Origin: an uncultured Acidobacteriota bacterium
GTDB lineage: Bacteria > Acidobacteriota > Terriglobia > UBA7540
Direction of reading: 5' to 3'
DNA length: 64,000 bases
Assembly (NCBI GenBank): GCA_963804995.1
Contig: CAWDSK010000003.1
Span: forward strand, 864,001-928,000
Positions 21,248 through 31,528 of this stretch are shown piece after piece (the first letter of the stretch is position 1; the number at the start of each line of letters is the position of its first letter). A program made the translations under genes and the position numbers. Below the pieces are notes generated by a model. That model saw nothing but the letters and a program-made list of their open reading frames with translations, was not told where the DNA came from and made no database searches.

Positions 21248-21336
21248 GTGCTGTCCTAATTTGAAATGTAGCGCCGGCTTCCAGCCGGCATTGAGCCCCG
21301 ATGCATCGGGGCGCTACGTTCAAATTAAGACAGCAC
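21248..21336. mobile_element. Small MITE-like element: 18-bp inverted ends around a GTAG REP
   Basis: GTGCTGTCCTAATTTGAA ... TTCAAATTAAGACAGCAC (17/18) enclosing GTAGCGCCGGCTTCCAGCCGGC...GGCGCTAC. Confidence 0.65.
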
Positions 21337-21551
21337 TACGTGGCGGTGGGGGTGAAAGCTGGGAGGGGCAGGGCGGCTGGAGTCTACACCGGCCGAGGGG
21401 GGGCCCCGGCTGTAAGAATCAACGCTTCGGCGCCGGTCGCGAGCGGCGTCAGCTTATGGAATGGTGTTGGCACGCGGTATCTGAGCCCCACTGGATTGCA
21501 GCGCGCTCACTGCATACCCAGCAACGCTCGCGTGCTTCACCTGGCAGCTCG

Positions 21552-21908
21552 TCACGTGGCTAACCACTCCATCGCTGCGCATTGATTCGGAACAACCGCG
21601 ACTTGTACTCCTCTATTCCACAGGACGTTCTCGAAGTACTTGTCGACCCCCCCTACAGGAGAGACGATGGCGATTCTGAAGGCCAGTTTCCAGACTTCCG
21701 AACAATGCTCACCGAGCCCATGCATGTCCAGAATTGGAACGTTTCCGGCAACCCCGGTGATATCGAGAATTACTCTCTGCTTGGCGCGTTTTTTACTCTC
21801 TTCTTTTACGGTGTCGAACAGGGCGTATAAATCTTCCAGACTGTATTGGCCCACCGCTTTTATTGACAGATGAGAGTCAACGTCATGCACCTGTACTTCC
21901 AGGCTCAT
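21552..21908 (-). CDS. Hypothetical STAS/SpoIIAA-like small protein
   Basis: AGGAGA RBS; RVILDITGV, RIAIV, FENVLWNRG..AAMEWL pattern. Confidence 0.6.
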   Translation of the reverse strand: MSLEVQVHDVDSHLSIKAVGQYSLEDLYALFDTVKEESKKRAKQRVILDITGVAGNVPILDMHGLGEHCSEVWKLAFRIAIVSPVGGVDKYFENVLWNRGVQVAVVPNQCAAMEWLAT

Positions 21909-21992
21909 AGTTCTCCTTCTAGTGGATTGTCTTGGGCTGACTGGAGGCGGCCCGCGAAAAATCCCTTGTGGGCGCCGGAGCCAGGATCGGCG

Positions 21993-22355
21993 TCACACAG
22001 AGTATTCGGAGTCCCCGTGTACAGGGAGGACCGACTGGAGTCTCTCCACTTCACGCTCCAGGCTTTTGCTGGCGCCCTGGGCGGCCTCCAAATTGCCTAT
22101 GGCTGCCATCGCCTCGAGCTGCACGGCGGATTCATACACCCTTTTTGCTGAGACGTTTCGTGCGGCGGCTTTGGCAAGGCGCGCGGTTATCCCCACGGCA
22201 ACAAGGTTTCCCCGCGCCATCCCTTCCCGAATATCAGCCAAAAGGGAGGGCCAAGCAGCTTGCACCAGACCCACAACTTCGGCGAGAAATTCCCGGTCAC
22301 CCCCGACACTGCGCAGCGCCAGGGCCTCATTAAAAACTTCGGCGTGCTGCTCCAT
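21993..22355 (-). CDS. Hpt-like domain protein lacking the phosphoacceptor His
   Basis: ALRSVGGDREFLAEVVGL helix pattern; ARLAKAAARNVSA where AHxLKGxxxNxxA is expected. Confidence 0.7.
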   Translation of the reverse strand: MEQHAEVFNEALALRSVGGDREFLAEVVGLVQAAWPSLLADIREGMARGNLVAVGITARLAKAAARNVSAKRVYESAVQLEAMAAIGNLEAAQGASKSLEREVERLQSVLPVHGDSEYSV

Positions 22356-22394
22356 TGTCTCTCTCATTTTTTTCCGCTTCCCGGCGAAACTCAC

Positions 22395-22600
22395 TTATGA
22401 ACCCCCGGGGACCAGCCCCAGTTCAAGCGCCGCCGCATCCCTCAGAACTTGCACCGCCTCCGCGACCTTGTGGAATTCAGCAGACTTGTCAAAAAAAAAG
22501 CGAGCCCCGCTCTGCAGGCATTTTTGGCGATATTGCCGACCGCTGTAGTTGCTCAGCATGATCACGATCGGCATGATCTCATCTTTCTTCATACCTTCGA
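22395..22600 (-). pseudogene. C-terminal half of a response-regulator receiver domain
   Basis: PIVIMLSNY..QYRQKCLQSGARFFFDKS; no recognisable N-terminal half upstream. Confidence 0.6.
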
Positions 22601-22987
22601 GTACAGGGACATGCAAACCTCTCTTCATTTCCTCCTGGAAGGGCCTGCCCAAAGTGCCAGGCAGGAGCGGGAATAGTTTTAGCAAGCGTTGCGCGGATCC
22701 GTTGTATAGGTCCGAGGCCTTTCGCACCGGAAGGCGGGCACTCGCCTCTTGGGAAGGTATACACAAGATTATTATCTCTGTCAACAAGAAAATAAATCTA
22801 CATCTTAAAGCTATAGATTATGACAAAACGTCATAACCTTTTCGTAAAGGTAGGGAAAATCCTTTAGGAGGGTGTCTAATTGCCCGAACTCCTCCCTGCG
22901 CGCCAGCCCGGCCATTGTCATTATTATATTGACAGGTTGATAAAAAAGAATATGATGCACATCAAAGCAAGGGGTTGAGTTCGTTTA

Positions 22988-23632
22988 ATGGATTGGACGC
23001 ACCTGCGAAGGTACCCGCGAGTATCGGTGGACCTCCCGGCCGTGTACACCCTCAATGACCGCGTAGGACAAACTCGCATTTTGACTCTCGGCGGTGATGG
23101 GCTCTTCCTGGCGATTCCCGAGCCCATAGCCTTGGGCGCCAGGCTTTCGATTGGGTTCCGGCCTGCGAAACACTTTCCCTACTTGGAGGTAATGGCAGAA
23201 GTTCGTAACCTGATTCCCGGCAAAGGCATGGGGGTAGAATTCATCAAGGTCGATCCCCAGTATCGTCAGAGATTGATGACGTTCATACTTCACCGGATCG
23301 GAGATACCCGGCAATTCCCTCGGGCCCCGCTTGCCGTACAAGTTGAGCACGGGGGAGTGACACAAATCGGCTTTTCAAGAAACATTAGCGTGGGCGGTAT
23401 GTTCATTGAGACGAAAGAGCCGGTCGCCACGGGCACGCATCTCAAAATACGTTTTAATCTTGATGACGGCGGTCCGATCATCGTCGTTGGCGGGGAGGTC
23501 CGCTACGCTGCCGGGAAGATAGGCATGGGCGTGCAGTTCCTTGACCTTCTACCTGATGACCAGAACCGCATCCAGGTTTACCTCACCAGGGGAGACGCCA
23601 GCACCGGACTTCAACAGGAGACTTCCGCATAA
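22988..23632 (+). CDS. Tandem PilZ-domain protein
   Basis: RRYPR...GMGVEF and RQFPR...NISVGGMFI...GMGVQF. Confidence 0.88.
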   Translation: MDWTHLRRYPRVSVDLPAVYTLNDRVGQTRILTLGGDGLFLAIPEPIALGARLSIGFRPAKHFPYLEVMAEVRNLIPGKGMGVEFIKVDPQYRQRLMTFILHRIGDTRQFPRAPLAVQVEHGGVTQIGFSRNISVGGMFIETKEPVATGTHLKIRFNLDDGGPIIVVGGEVRYAAGKIGMGVQFLDLLPDDQNRIQVYLTRGDASTGLQQETSA

Positions 23633-23715
23633 CGATTTCTCGCTCGAATAGGATAGGGCAAGCAACCTACGGCGACAACGTGCTCGGTGGGCAAAATAAC
23701 CTGGAAGAGATAGTC

Positions 23716-23898
23716 ATGCCGTACGAGACCAATATTGAACTCGCCCAAGAAAAAATGCTGCAAGCGGAGAGTGCACTAGAGAATTACTTCCGAAGTGCCG
23801 CGTACGATCCTGAACAGGCGAGACAACTTATAAATGCGGAGACAGTCGCCAGGGATGAATACATCAGGCAGGTGGCCCGTCTGTATCCAATCAGATAG
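23716..23898 (+). CDS. Small helical hypothetical protein
   Basis: MPYETNIELAQEKMLQAE..., GAAGAG upstream; 60 aa. Confidence 0.5.
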   Translation: MPYETNIELAQEKMLQAESALENYFRSAAYDPEQARQLINAETVARDEYIRQVARLYPIR

Positions 23899-23949
23899 TG
23901 GACTTGTGGCACTCTAGGCGAGTGAAGAACGGAACAGAGAAAGGGCAGC

Positions 23950-24342
23950 ATGAGTACTCAAGCGCAGCTTTTAAGAAAGGCCCGCGACTTCCTGTCTAAG
24001 GTTACGTTAAAAAAGGCCCCAGAGTATCAGGTGTTCTGCCCACTGGAATTGAGGAAATCATTTAAGCAAAAGCGCGCCGAATGGCCTAAATGGTCGGAAC
24101 TTCCTGGTGTTTACTATGTATTAGGAAAAGATGGATCGGTACTCTCCATTGGCGTAGGAACGGCCTGGTACGGAATAGTATGGAAGGTTGAGCAGACTAT
24201 CAAGCGCGAACACCTCCCAGAGAAAACGAGAGCGGGGGGAATACTGTTCGATAAGTCAGACTTGTCTTGGGCATTTTCATTGGAGAAGTTCCTGAAACAC
24301 GCCATTAAGCCACCACTCAATATTCAAAGAGGACCAAAGTAG
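23950..24342 (+). CDS. GIY-YIG-like nuclease-fold protein (degenerate)
   Basis: LPGVYYV...VLSIG, later LEKFL...KPPLN. Confidence 0.55.
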   Translation: MSTQAQLLRKARDFLSKVTLKKAPEYQVFCPLELRKSFKQKRAEWPKWSELPGVYYVLGKDGSVLSIGVGTAWYGIVWKVEQTIKREHLPEKTRAGGILFDKSDLSWAFSLEKFLKHAIKPPLNIQRGPK

Positions 24343-24353
24343 CCCGCTACCCG

Positions 24354-24590
24354 TCACTTCTTTCCGGTGGTGCTTGGGGTGGGTGACGGTGCGCGAGGGG
24401 CAGGAGCGGGAGTAGTCGGAACAGGCCGTCGCCCTCTATCCTCTGTTGTCGTGGTGGCATGGTCCACCATATGAATAGCACCACTGGGCTCGACAGGAAG
24501 TAATGTTATTCCCACCGGTTGGCGTCCCTGTAAGACCCTATCGGTAAACACCGGCTTAACTTCTGGCTTGTTGGTATTATCTTCAGTCAT
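24354..24590 (-). CDS. Small Pro/Thr-rich hypothetical protein
   Basis: Start overlaps the stop of the upstream gene (TGATG); GGAGGA RBS. Confidence 0.5.
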   Translation of the reverse strand: MTEDNTNKPEVKPVFTDRVLQGRQPVGITLLPVEPSGAIHMVDHATTTTEDRGRRPVPTTPAPAPRAPSPTPSTTGKK

Positions 24591-25078
24591 CAGTTGATCC
24601 TCCGAAAGTTTTTAAACACGAATACCATTGTACAGATTATGCCCAGTAAAAAGAAACCTCCTCCGAGGACGCTGCACCAACTGACAGCCTTTGACCACAG
24701 ATTTTGCTTGGCAAAGTACTCATCTTTTTTCTCAATGTAGTATTTTCGTACATGTTCCAGGTTTAGCTTTAAGGCCTGGACGCTGATCTGAAACGAAAAT
24801 AGCGTCACGATAATACAGACGACGAAGCTCATCCACGAAACGTAAAGCCAAGAAACACCTACCGCGGCCTTAAACGGCACGAGATCCTTGATGAATGCCA
24901 ACGAAAGGGCAAGCGCCCCACTGGAGAGCGTCAGCAAACTTTTATCGAACTGGTCTGTGCTCGCCTGGATGTCTTGCCATGCCTGCTTCCTGTGCTCGTT
25001 AAAAAGCTCCAAACGTGTATCAGATACGGATTGTATGGCCTGGTCATCTGCATGGGCGGGTTTTGACTGGTTTCGCAT
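24590..25078 (-). CDS. Hypothetical 3-TM membrane protein
   Basis: FDKSLLTLSSGALALSLAF plus two more hydrophobic helices; GGAGG RBS. Confidence 0.7.
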   Translation of the reverse strand: MRNQSKPAHADDQAIQSVSDTRLELFNEHRKQAWQDIQASTDQFDKSLLTLSSGALALSLAFIKDLVPFKAAVGVSWLYVSWMSFVVCIIVTLFSFQISVQALKLNLEHVRKYYIEKKDEYFAKQNLWSKAVSWCSVLGGGFFLLGIICTMVFVFKNFRRIN

Positions 25079-25152
25079 AAACCTCCGCCCTCCTTAACTA
25101 TGGGATGAGTAGCGGCAGTCGCCACAAACTCCTCTTGGCGCTACATCCGAGC

Positions 25153-26907
<1,755 letters not shown>

Positions 26908-27364
26908 TTAACCCGTAGCAGCGCATGGGTTGCTCCCCGCTTATGCGGGAATACTCGTTCACGCTGCACCATCGCCAAGGTGTGGAAACCTGCGCCGCTG
27001 GAGCAGGCGCACCGTGACGAAAAAAGAATCGATCGGAAAGAAACGGGCGACGCAGCCGCGACACACCGCTCGAATACAGCACCGTTGTCGGAATGGCCAG
27101 TCAAGCTATGCCTGCTTCGGGCAGTGTCCTAAATGTGTGTTGATTTCTCGTGGCGGCCTCGGAAGGTAGTATCGCCACCGCCTCATTCGGAAGAAGTTCA
27201 GCCGAGCTACAAATATTCGGACAGAACATGCCACCCTTTAAGGGAAAATATCAAGGGGGTAGGGCCGTTAGTTATACAAGGCATAATTGATCGTTTCAGG
27301 TGGGAAACTTGCGAGGCTTTGTTGGCGGGACGGCTCCCCCCTTATATCACTAACTTCCTATATT

Positions 27365-27430
27365 TGGTCGGGGCGCGCCGATTCTGACGGCGGACCTCTT
27401 GGCCCAAGGCAAGCACGCTACCTAGCTGCG
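27365..27430 (-). pseudogene. 5'-truncated, degenerate tRNA-Pro(TGG)-like sequence, possibly an att remnant
   Basis: Minus strand CGCAGCTAGGTAGCGTGCTTGCCTTGGGCCAAGAGGTC-CGCCG-TCAGAAT-CGGCG-CGCCCCG-A-CCA; 5' acceptor strand absent. Confidence 0.6.
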
Positions 27431-27465
27431 GCTGCGAGAAGATGGGAAAGGGGCGGTCGAAACTT

Positions 27466-27562
27466 TGGTGTGCCCGGAAGGATTCGAACCCTCGACCAAG
27501 GGATTTCCTGGGCCGCCCCTCTCCAGATTCGGTCCCGTGCTTTCCCACTGAGCTACGGGCAC
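27466..27562 (-). tRNA. tRNA-like gene with intact acceptor, D and T arms and CCA, but a 29-nt anticodon loop; identity unassignable
   Basis: GTGCCCG-TA-GCTCAGTGGGAAAGC-A-CGGGA-[29 nt]-TCCCT-TGGTC-GAGGG-TTCGAAT-CCTTC-CGGGCAC-A-CCA. Confidence 0.7.
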
Positions 27563-28014
27563 ACTTTGTTTTGAGATGCTAAAACCCAGCAAGAGGTTGC
27601 ACTCAGCATTGCCATGCTCAATCTCTAAAAGCGTTTGGCCTTCATTCCTCCCGCGCCCCCCTGCCCATCAAGTCAGTCCTCGGCACCGAGCCGTCCTGAG
27701 TGGGAGGATTGCCAGGACGGAAGTGGGATGACACGCCCACCAAGCAAGAAAGCCAAGCAATGCCACCCAGCCCAGGAATTGCAGCCATGGCATAATGCGG
27801 GGGACCCAGTCAGGCGTTCTGTGCTTCCATGCCCAATGATCCTCCCTCGCGATCTGGTACTTGATCTGGTATCTAGCGGCAAGGTAAGCCCTTGTTCCCC
27901 ACGAAAGCAGACACACGCTAAGACACCCCGCTTCTCCAACCATCTTCCACCTCGGAGGTTGCGAGGTTCGCGGACAAGAAATTATGCCCGACCCCTCCCT
28001 GGCGATCCCGACTT

Positions 28015-28353
28015 CTACGCAGCTTTCCTGGTCTCGTGGCTTTCTGCGCCTGAAATTATTGTGGGGGCGAGTGCCTTTGCCATTGCCTTCGCGGTCGCGA
28101 CTGCAACGAACGCTCCCACAAAGGCACCCAGCAAGGCCGGAATCAAGTATATGTCGGCGATTTTGACTCGCTCAAACCAGTGACCGATGATGGGTGAACC
28201 CAGCCAGGCTCCCACCCAGCCGGCGATCACCTTAACAAGAAAGCCATCGAAACTCTCCAGGACCCGATAGCGAACCAGGTAATGGATCACGAAGGCTGCA
28301 ATCACGCCTGCCACCAACAAAACCAAGAATGCCCGGAAATTCATTCCGATCAT
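28015..28353 (-). CDS. GlsB/YeaQ/YmgE-like (transglycosylase-associated) small membrane protein
   Basis: Three hydrophobic helices, AGWVGAWLG and IPALLGA; GAGGAGG RBS. Confidence 0.7.
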   Translation of the reverse strand: MIGMNFRAFLVLLVAGVIAAFVIHYLVRYRVLESFDGFLVKVIAGWVGAWLGSPIIGHWFERVKIADIYLIPALLGAFVGAFVAVATAKAMAKALAPTIISGAESHETRKAA

Positions 28354-28507
28354 GTTTCCGCCTCCTCAACTAACCACTCTTGGGACCTCGGTCCTTCACA
28401 CAAAGGAACATCAAGAAATGAGTCCCACCGCTGAATCACGAACACCGAGCAGCTACTATCATCCGCACTGAAAACTGAACCACCCGTTATCGCGTAGCTC
28501 CGCTCAT

Positions 28508-28936
28508 TCAGGCCGCAATGCTCTGAACCCGCGGATGGTTTTCTAAAACTCGGCCTATTTCCAAAACCGTCAACGGCTCGACCAAATAATCCACAGCCCC
28601 CAACTGCATTGCCTCCAGGTAGCAGCCCATGTCAAGGCACCGCGCCACGACCAAGACGGGCAAGCTGCGGTTGGTCTCTGTCGCGCGCTTCAGCACACAG
28701 CTCCCTTCGAAGTTGGGAGTCCCCTGACTCACCATAACGAAGTCGAAGACTTCGTCCGCCAGGCAGCGGACAGCCTCCTGATAAGAGTTGCACGCCCGGA
28801 CCCGATACCCATACCCTTCGAACATGTTGAAATAATATTGAAGATCTCCGGGGTCTTCGTGCACTAGGAGCGCTTTTGCTCTCGGAACACGGAGAGGTTG
28901 TGTGCTCTCTTTTTGGTTCGTGCCTCTCGGCCGCAT
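28508..28936 (-). CDS. Atypical single-domain receiver protein
   Basis: ALLVHED, FDFVMVS, AMQLGAVDYLVEP: receiver fold with phospho-Asp and Lys substituted; AGGAGG RBS. Confidence 0.75.
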   Translation of the reverse strand: MRPRGTNQKESTQPLRVPRAKALLVHEDPGDLQYYFNMFEGYGYRVRACNSYQEAVRCLADEVFDFVMVSQGTPNFEGSCVLKRATETNRSLPVLVVARCLDMGCYLEAMQLGAVDYLVEPLTVLEIGRVLENHPRVQSIAA

Positions 28937-29639
28937 AAGTCACCTCCTAAGTGTCGGCCATCCGTGTTCTACCCTCGGCGGAAGAAACTCATCTTGCGGG
29001 CCGTTCCCTGGGCTTTCGCCCCTGTTGCCAATGACACAGCCTTTGCGCACACAAGGCGATCAATCGGCGCGCTCACCGGGAGTTATTTGTTGCCTCGTTA
29101 AATCGTCTGCACGCAGGAAATTTCGCCAACCGCAGGGGCGGGCGCCGTTCTATCAACAACTCGGCGACGCAGGCACACACAGGGATAGTGAGGTCTGGCG
29201 TGAGGATGTCGTCTGTCGGAGGAAGTCAGCGTCACTGACTACTGGAAGGTCGCCCTTCCCTGGATCGACGAAGATCAGCAATGGCACAAAGCGGAACGTA
29301 TAGCTCATTGAAGACCTCCGTATATGCAACAGCTTACTCCCAAAAAGTTCCAAGTCAAGCCGAATAACCTCGCGCACTCTGCGGCTCTTAATATGATAAA
29401 CATACACTGTATTATTAACACACGGCTTTGCCGCCTGGCAGTACAGGGAAGAGGGAACGGAAGGACAGGGAACAGGTGGAAAGTGACGACAGGTTAGTCG
29501 AGAGGGGGCTTGCTCAAGAACTGCCCCCATGCATCGGGACAAAAGAACGTAGTGCGGCGCGGCGGAGCCGCAAGGGAATTGTAGCGCCGACCTCCGCTTG
29601 GTGAGGTCCGCGGCTTTCAGCCTCAGGCCCTCGCGTTCT

Positions 29640-30633
29640 CATCGGCTGGCCATCGCACCCGTGGTAGGGCAATAGAGCCTCATCCCGGTCCACCTTGCGG
29701 GCCACACTGTCTCCCACCGCGTTGATTCGACGCGCCGCACCGAGGACCCGCACCCCCCGATAGTCGATGAATTCGCCGAAGGCCACATCGCTCTCGCGGG
29801 CCACGCGCGACTCAAAGGATTCCCCGTTCGAGCGGTCGGCGGAAAACCGCCTCCACTCCCTGAATGCTGAGGCGCGGAGAATAGATGAAGGCATCACGAT
29901 CTCTCTTCCACACAATCAGAGTCTCACTGGTGCGAGTGGGGAAGCTTTCGAAGGCAATCAGGGGGTCAATGTCCTTCCAGGTGTCCGACACCATGACCAC
30001 CGCCCCCAGCTTACGCGGGGAAACTTGAGCCGGTGTCAAGGCCTCGCCCCCGGCGATAACCGCAACCGAGTATGCTACCCAGACGTGCCCCCGTTCCATG
30101 CCGAAGCCGTCCACCCGCAAGGCGCCGGTGGGCTTGACCTGCTGACAAGCATCCTGCACCGCGGGGAGCATTTCTGGGCGGATGCCCACCTGCGCCGCGA
30201 TTCGGCAATGGCTGTCCAACACGGCGCCGGCCAGATATCCAAAGGTTTGGCGTACGGCCGCAAGTTCCCTTTCCACGCCTTCCTGGGCAGCCGTTGACTT
30301 CCCCACGCTGCCCGAACTCGAAAGCAAGCGTGGGGTGTAAGGGTCCCTTATAATCAGCTCAATGTCCGTCCGTCGCTCCTTGAGCCAAAGGGCACCGGAC
30401 TTTACCCGCGCCTCCGCAGAACTGGACAACTGCACATTCCAGTAGGCGAGAGTGTCAAGGTAGCCCGCGCGCAAGTCGTGCCAGATGAAACCCACGACGA
30501 CCAGGGCCAAAAGCAAAAAGCTGATCGCATAACGCCAGGAGATCTTACTGAGCGGACCCGGTGTGACACGACTTGCCGCGTCAGGTCGGCTGCCGGCCGC
30601 AGCATCTTTCTTTCCTGTTTTAAAAAGATTCAT
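29640..30633 (-). pseudogene. Truncated Cache-type sensor (N-terminal TM plus periplasmic domain only), frameshift near 29820
   Basis: TM helix; ETLIVWKRD...YSPR and DYRGVRVLGAARRI...VARKVDRDEAL motifs; breaks off next to a REP at 29581. Confidence 0.65.
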
Positions 30634-30777
30634 ATGAGCACCACGTCAAGGAATATCATTATGGCGCTAACGGTATTGCTAATCAATGAATCGTTAAGAA
30701 TTCCTGATGAAGGTGCAGCATTCCTGGGGAAACCTGCGCAGAGTGGCGGAGCCGCAACCAAACTGGAAAAGGCGCTG

Positions 30778-31016
30778 CTAGTGCGGTGTCCCGGTTAATA
30801 TTTGACGAGGCTGTCCGACCCCCTCACCCCCCAGCCCCTCTGTCGCCGCGGCGACCGAGGGGAGAGTTAATTTTCTTGCCCTCGGTCGCCGCGGCGACAG
30901 AGGGGCTGGCCGAGGCGTTTTCATCAGCCGGGGCGGGACGGGCCTACGCCCACCGAAGGGGTACCTGGAGACGTAAACGTCATAAGCTTCGGCCCGCAGG
31001 CGGGTGAGGGGGTCGC
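30778..31016. mobile_element. Partial copy of the 14102 MITE with an extra nested insert
   Basis: First ~100 bp nearly identical to 14102-14205; core interrupted by CCTACGCCCACCGAAGGGG...GGCCCGCAGGCGGG as at 58084. Confidence 0.75.
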
Positions 31017-31528
31017 CCATGAAGCAATCGACGAGCAGCCAGCGAAGCACGATCCAACCACAACCAAACGATCAAACCGTTCTTATTGTCGTAATGCAAC
31101 AATTGACACAAAATCCTTGCTAAAGAAACAAGAAATTACCGTAATGCAAGGCAGAGTGTGCGCGTTCCAAATTCTGCGGCTTCAATAGGGTGAGCGTTGG
31201 CGTGAAAACCAGGGGTGGGAAATCTGCAGATCCGGCCCTGCGAAGGACGAGGAGTTGGGGCTCTGCCTCGCGTGATTTCTAACTCTACTTATGTGGACCC
31301 ACGACTTTTTGTCAATGCAGAATTGTCCCACTTGTTGCCCTCCGCGGGGCATAGCGGGCGAGGTCCCACATACTTTCCCAAACTCATGCGTTTTTGTCAT
31401 GTTACTTTCCATATGCGGCTCCGTCGCGTTAAGCTATCCCCTACCCTCCGCGACTTCGCTTATCCCCCAAGCTGCGGAACGCATCGGCCAAATGCCGGCG
31501 CGCAATCTTGGATCACCAAGGAGCGGAA

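Noticed and set aside
27504..27532. Group I or canonical archaeal BHB intron in the tRNA-like gene
   Set aside because: 22 extra nt is too short for a group I intron, and positions 32-35 (CCGA) do not pair with the expected CAGG segment of a 37/38 BHB.
27668..27943. 91-aa hydrophobic ORF next to the tRNA-like element
   Set aside because: No clear RBS or family motif; cannot be supported as a gene, though not excluded.
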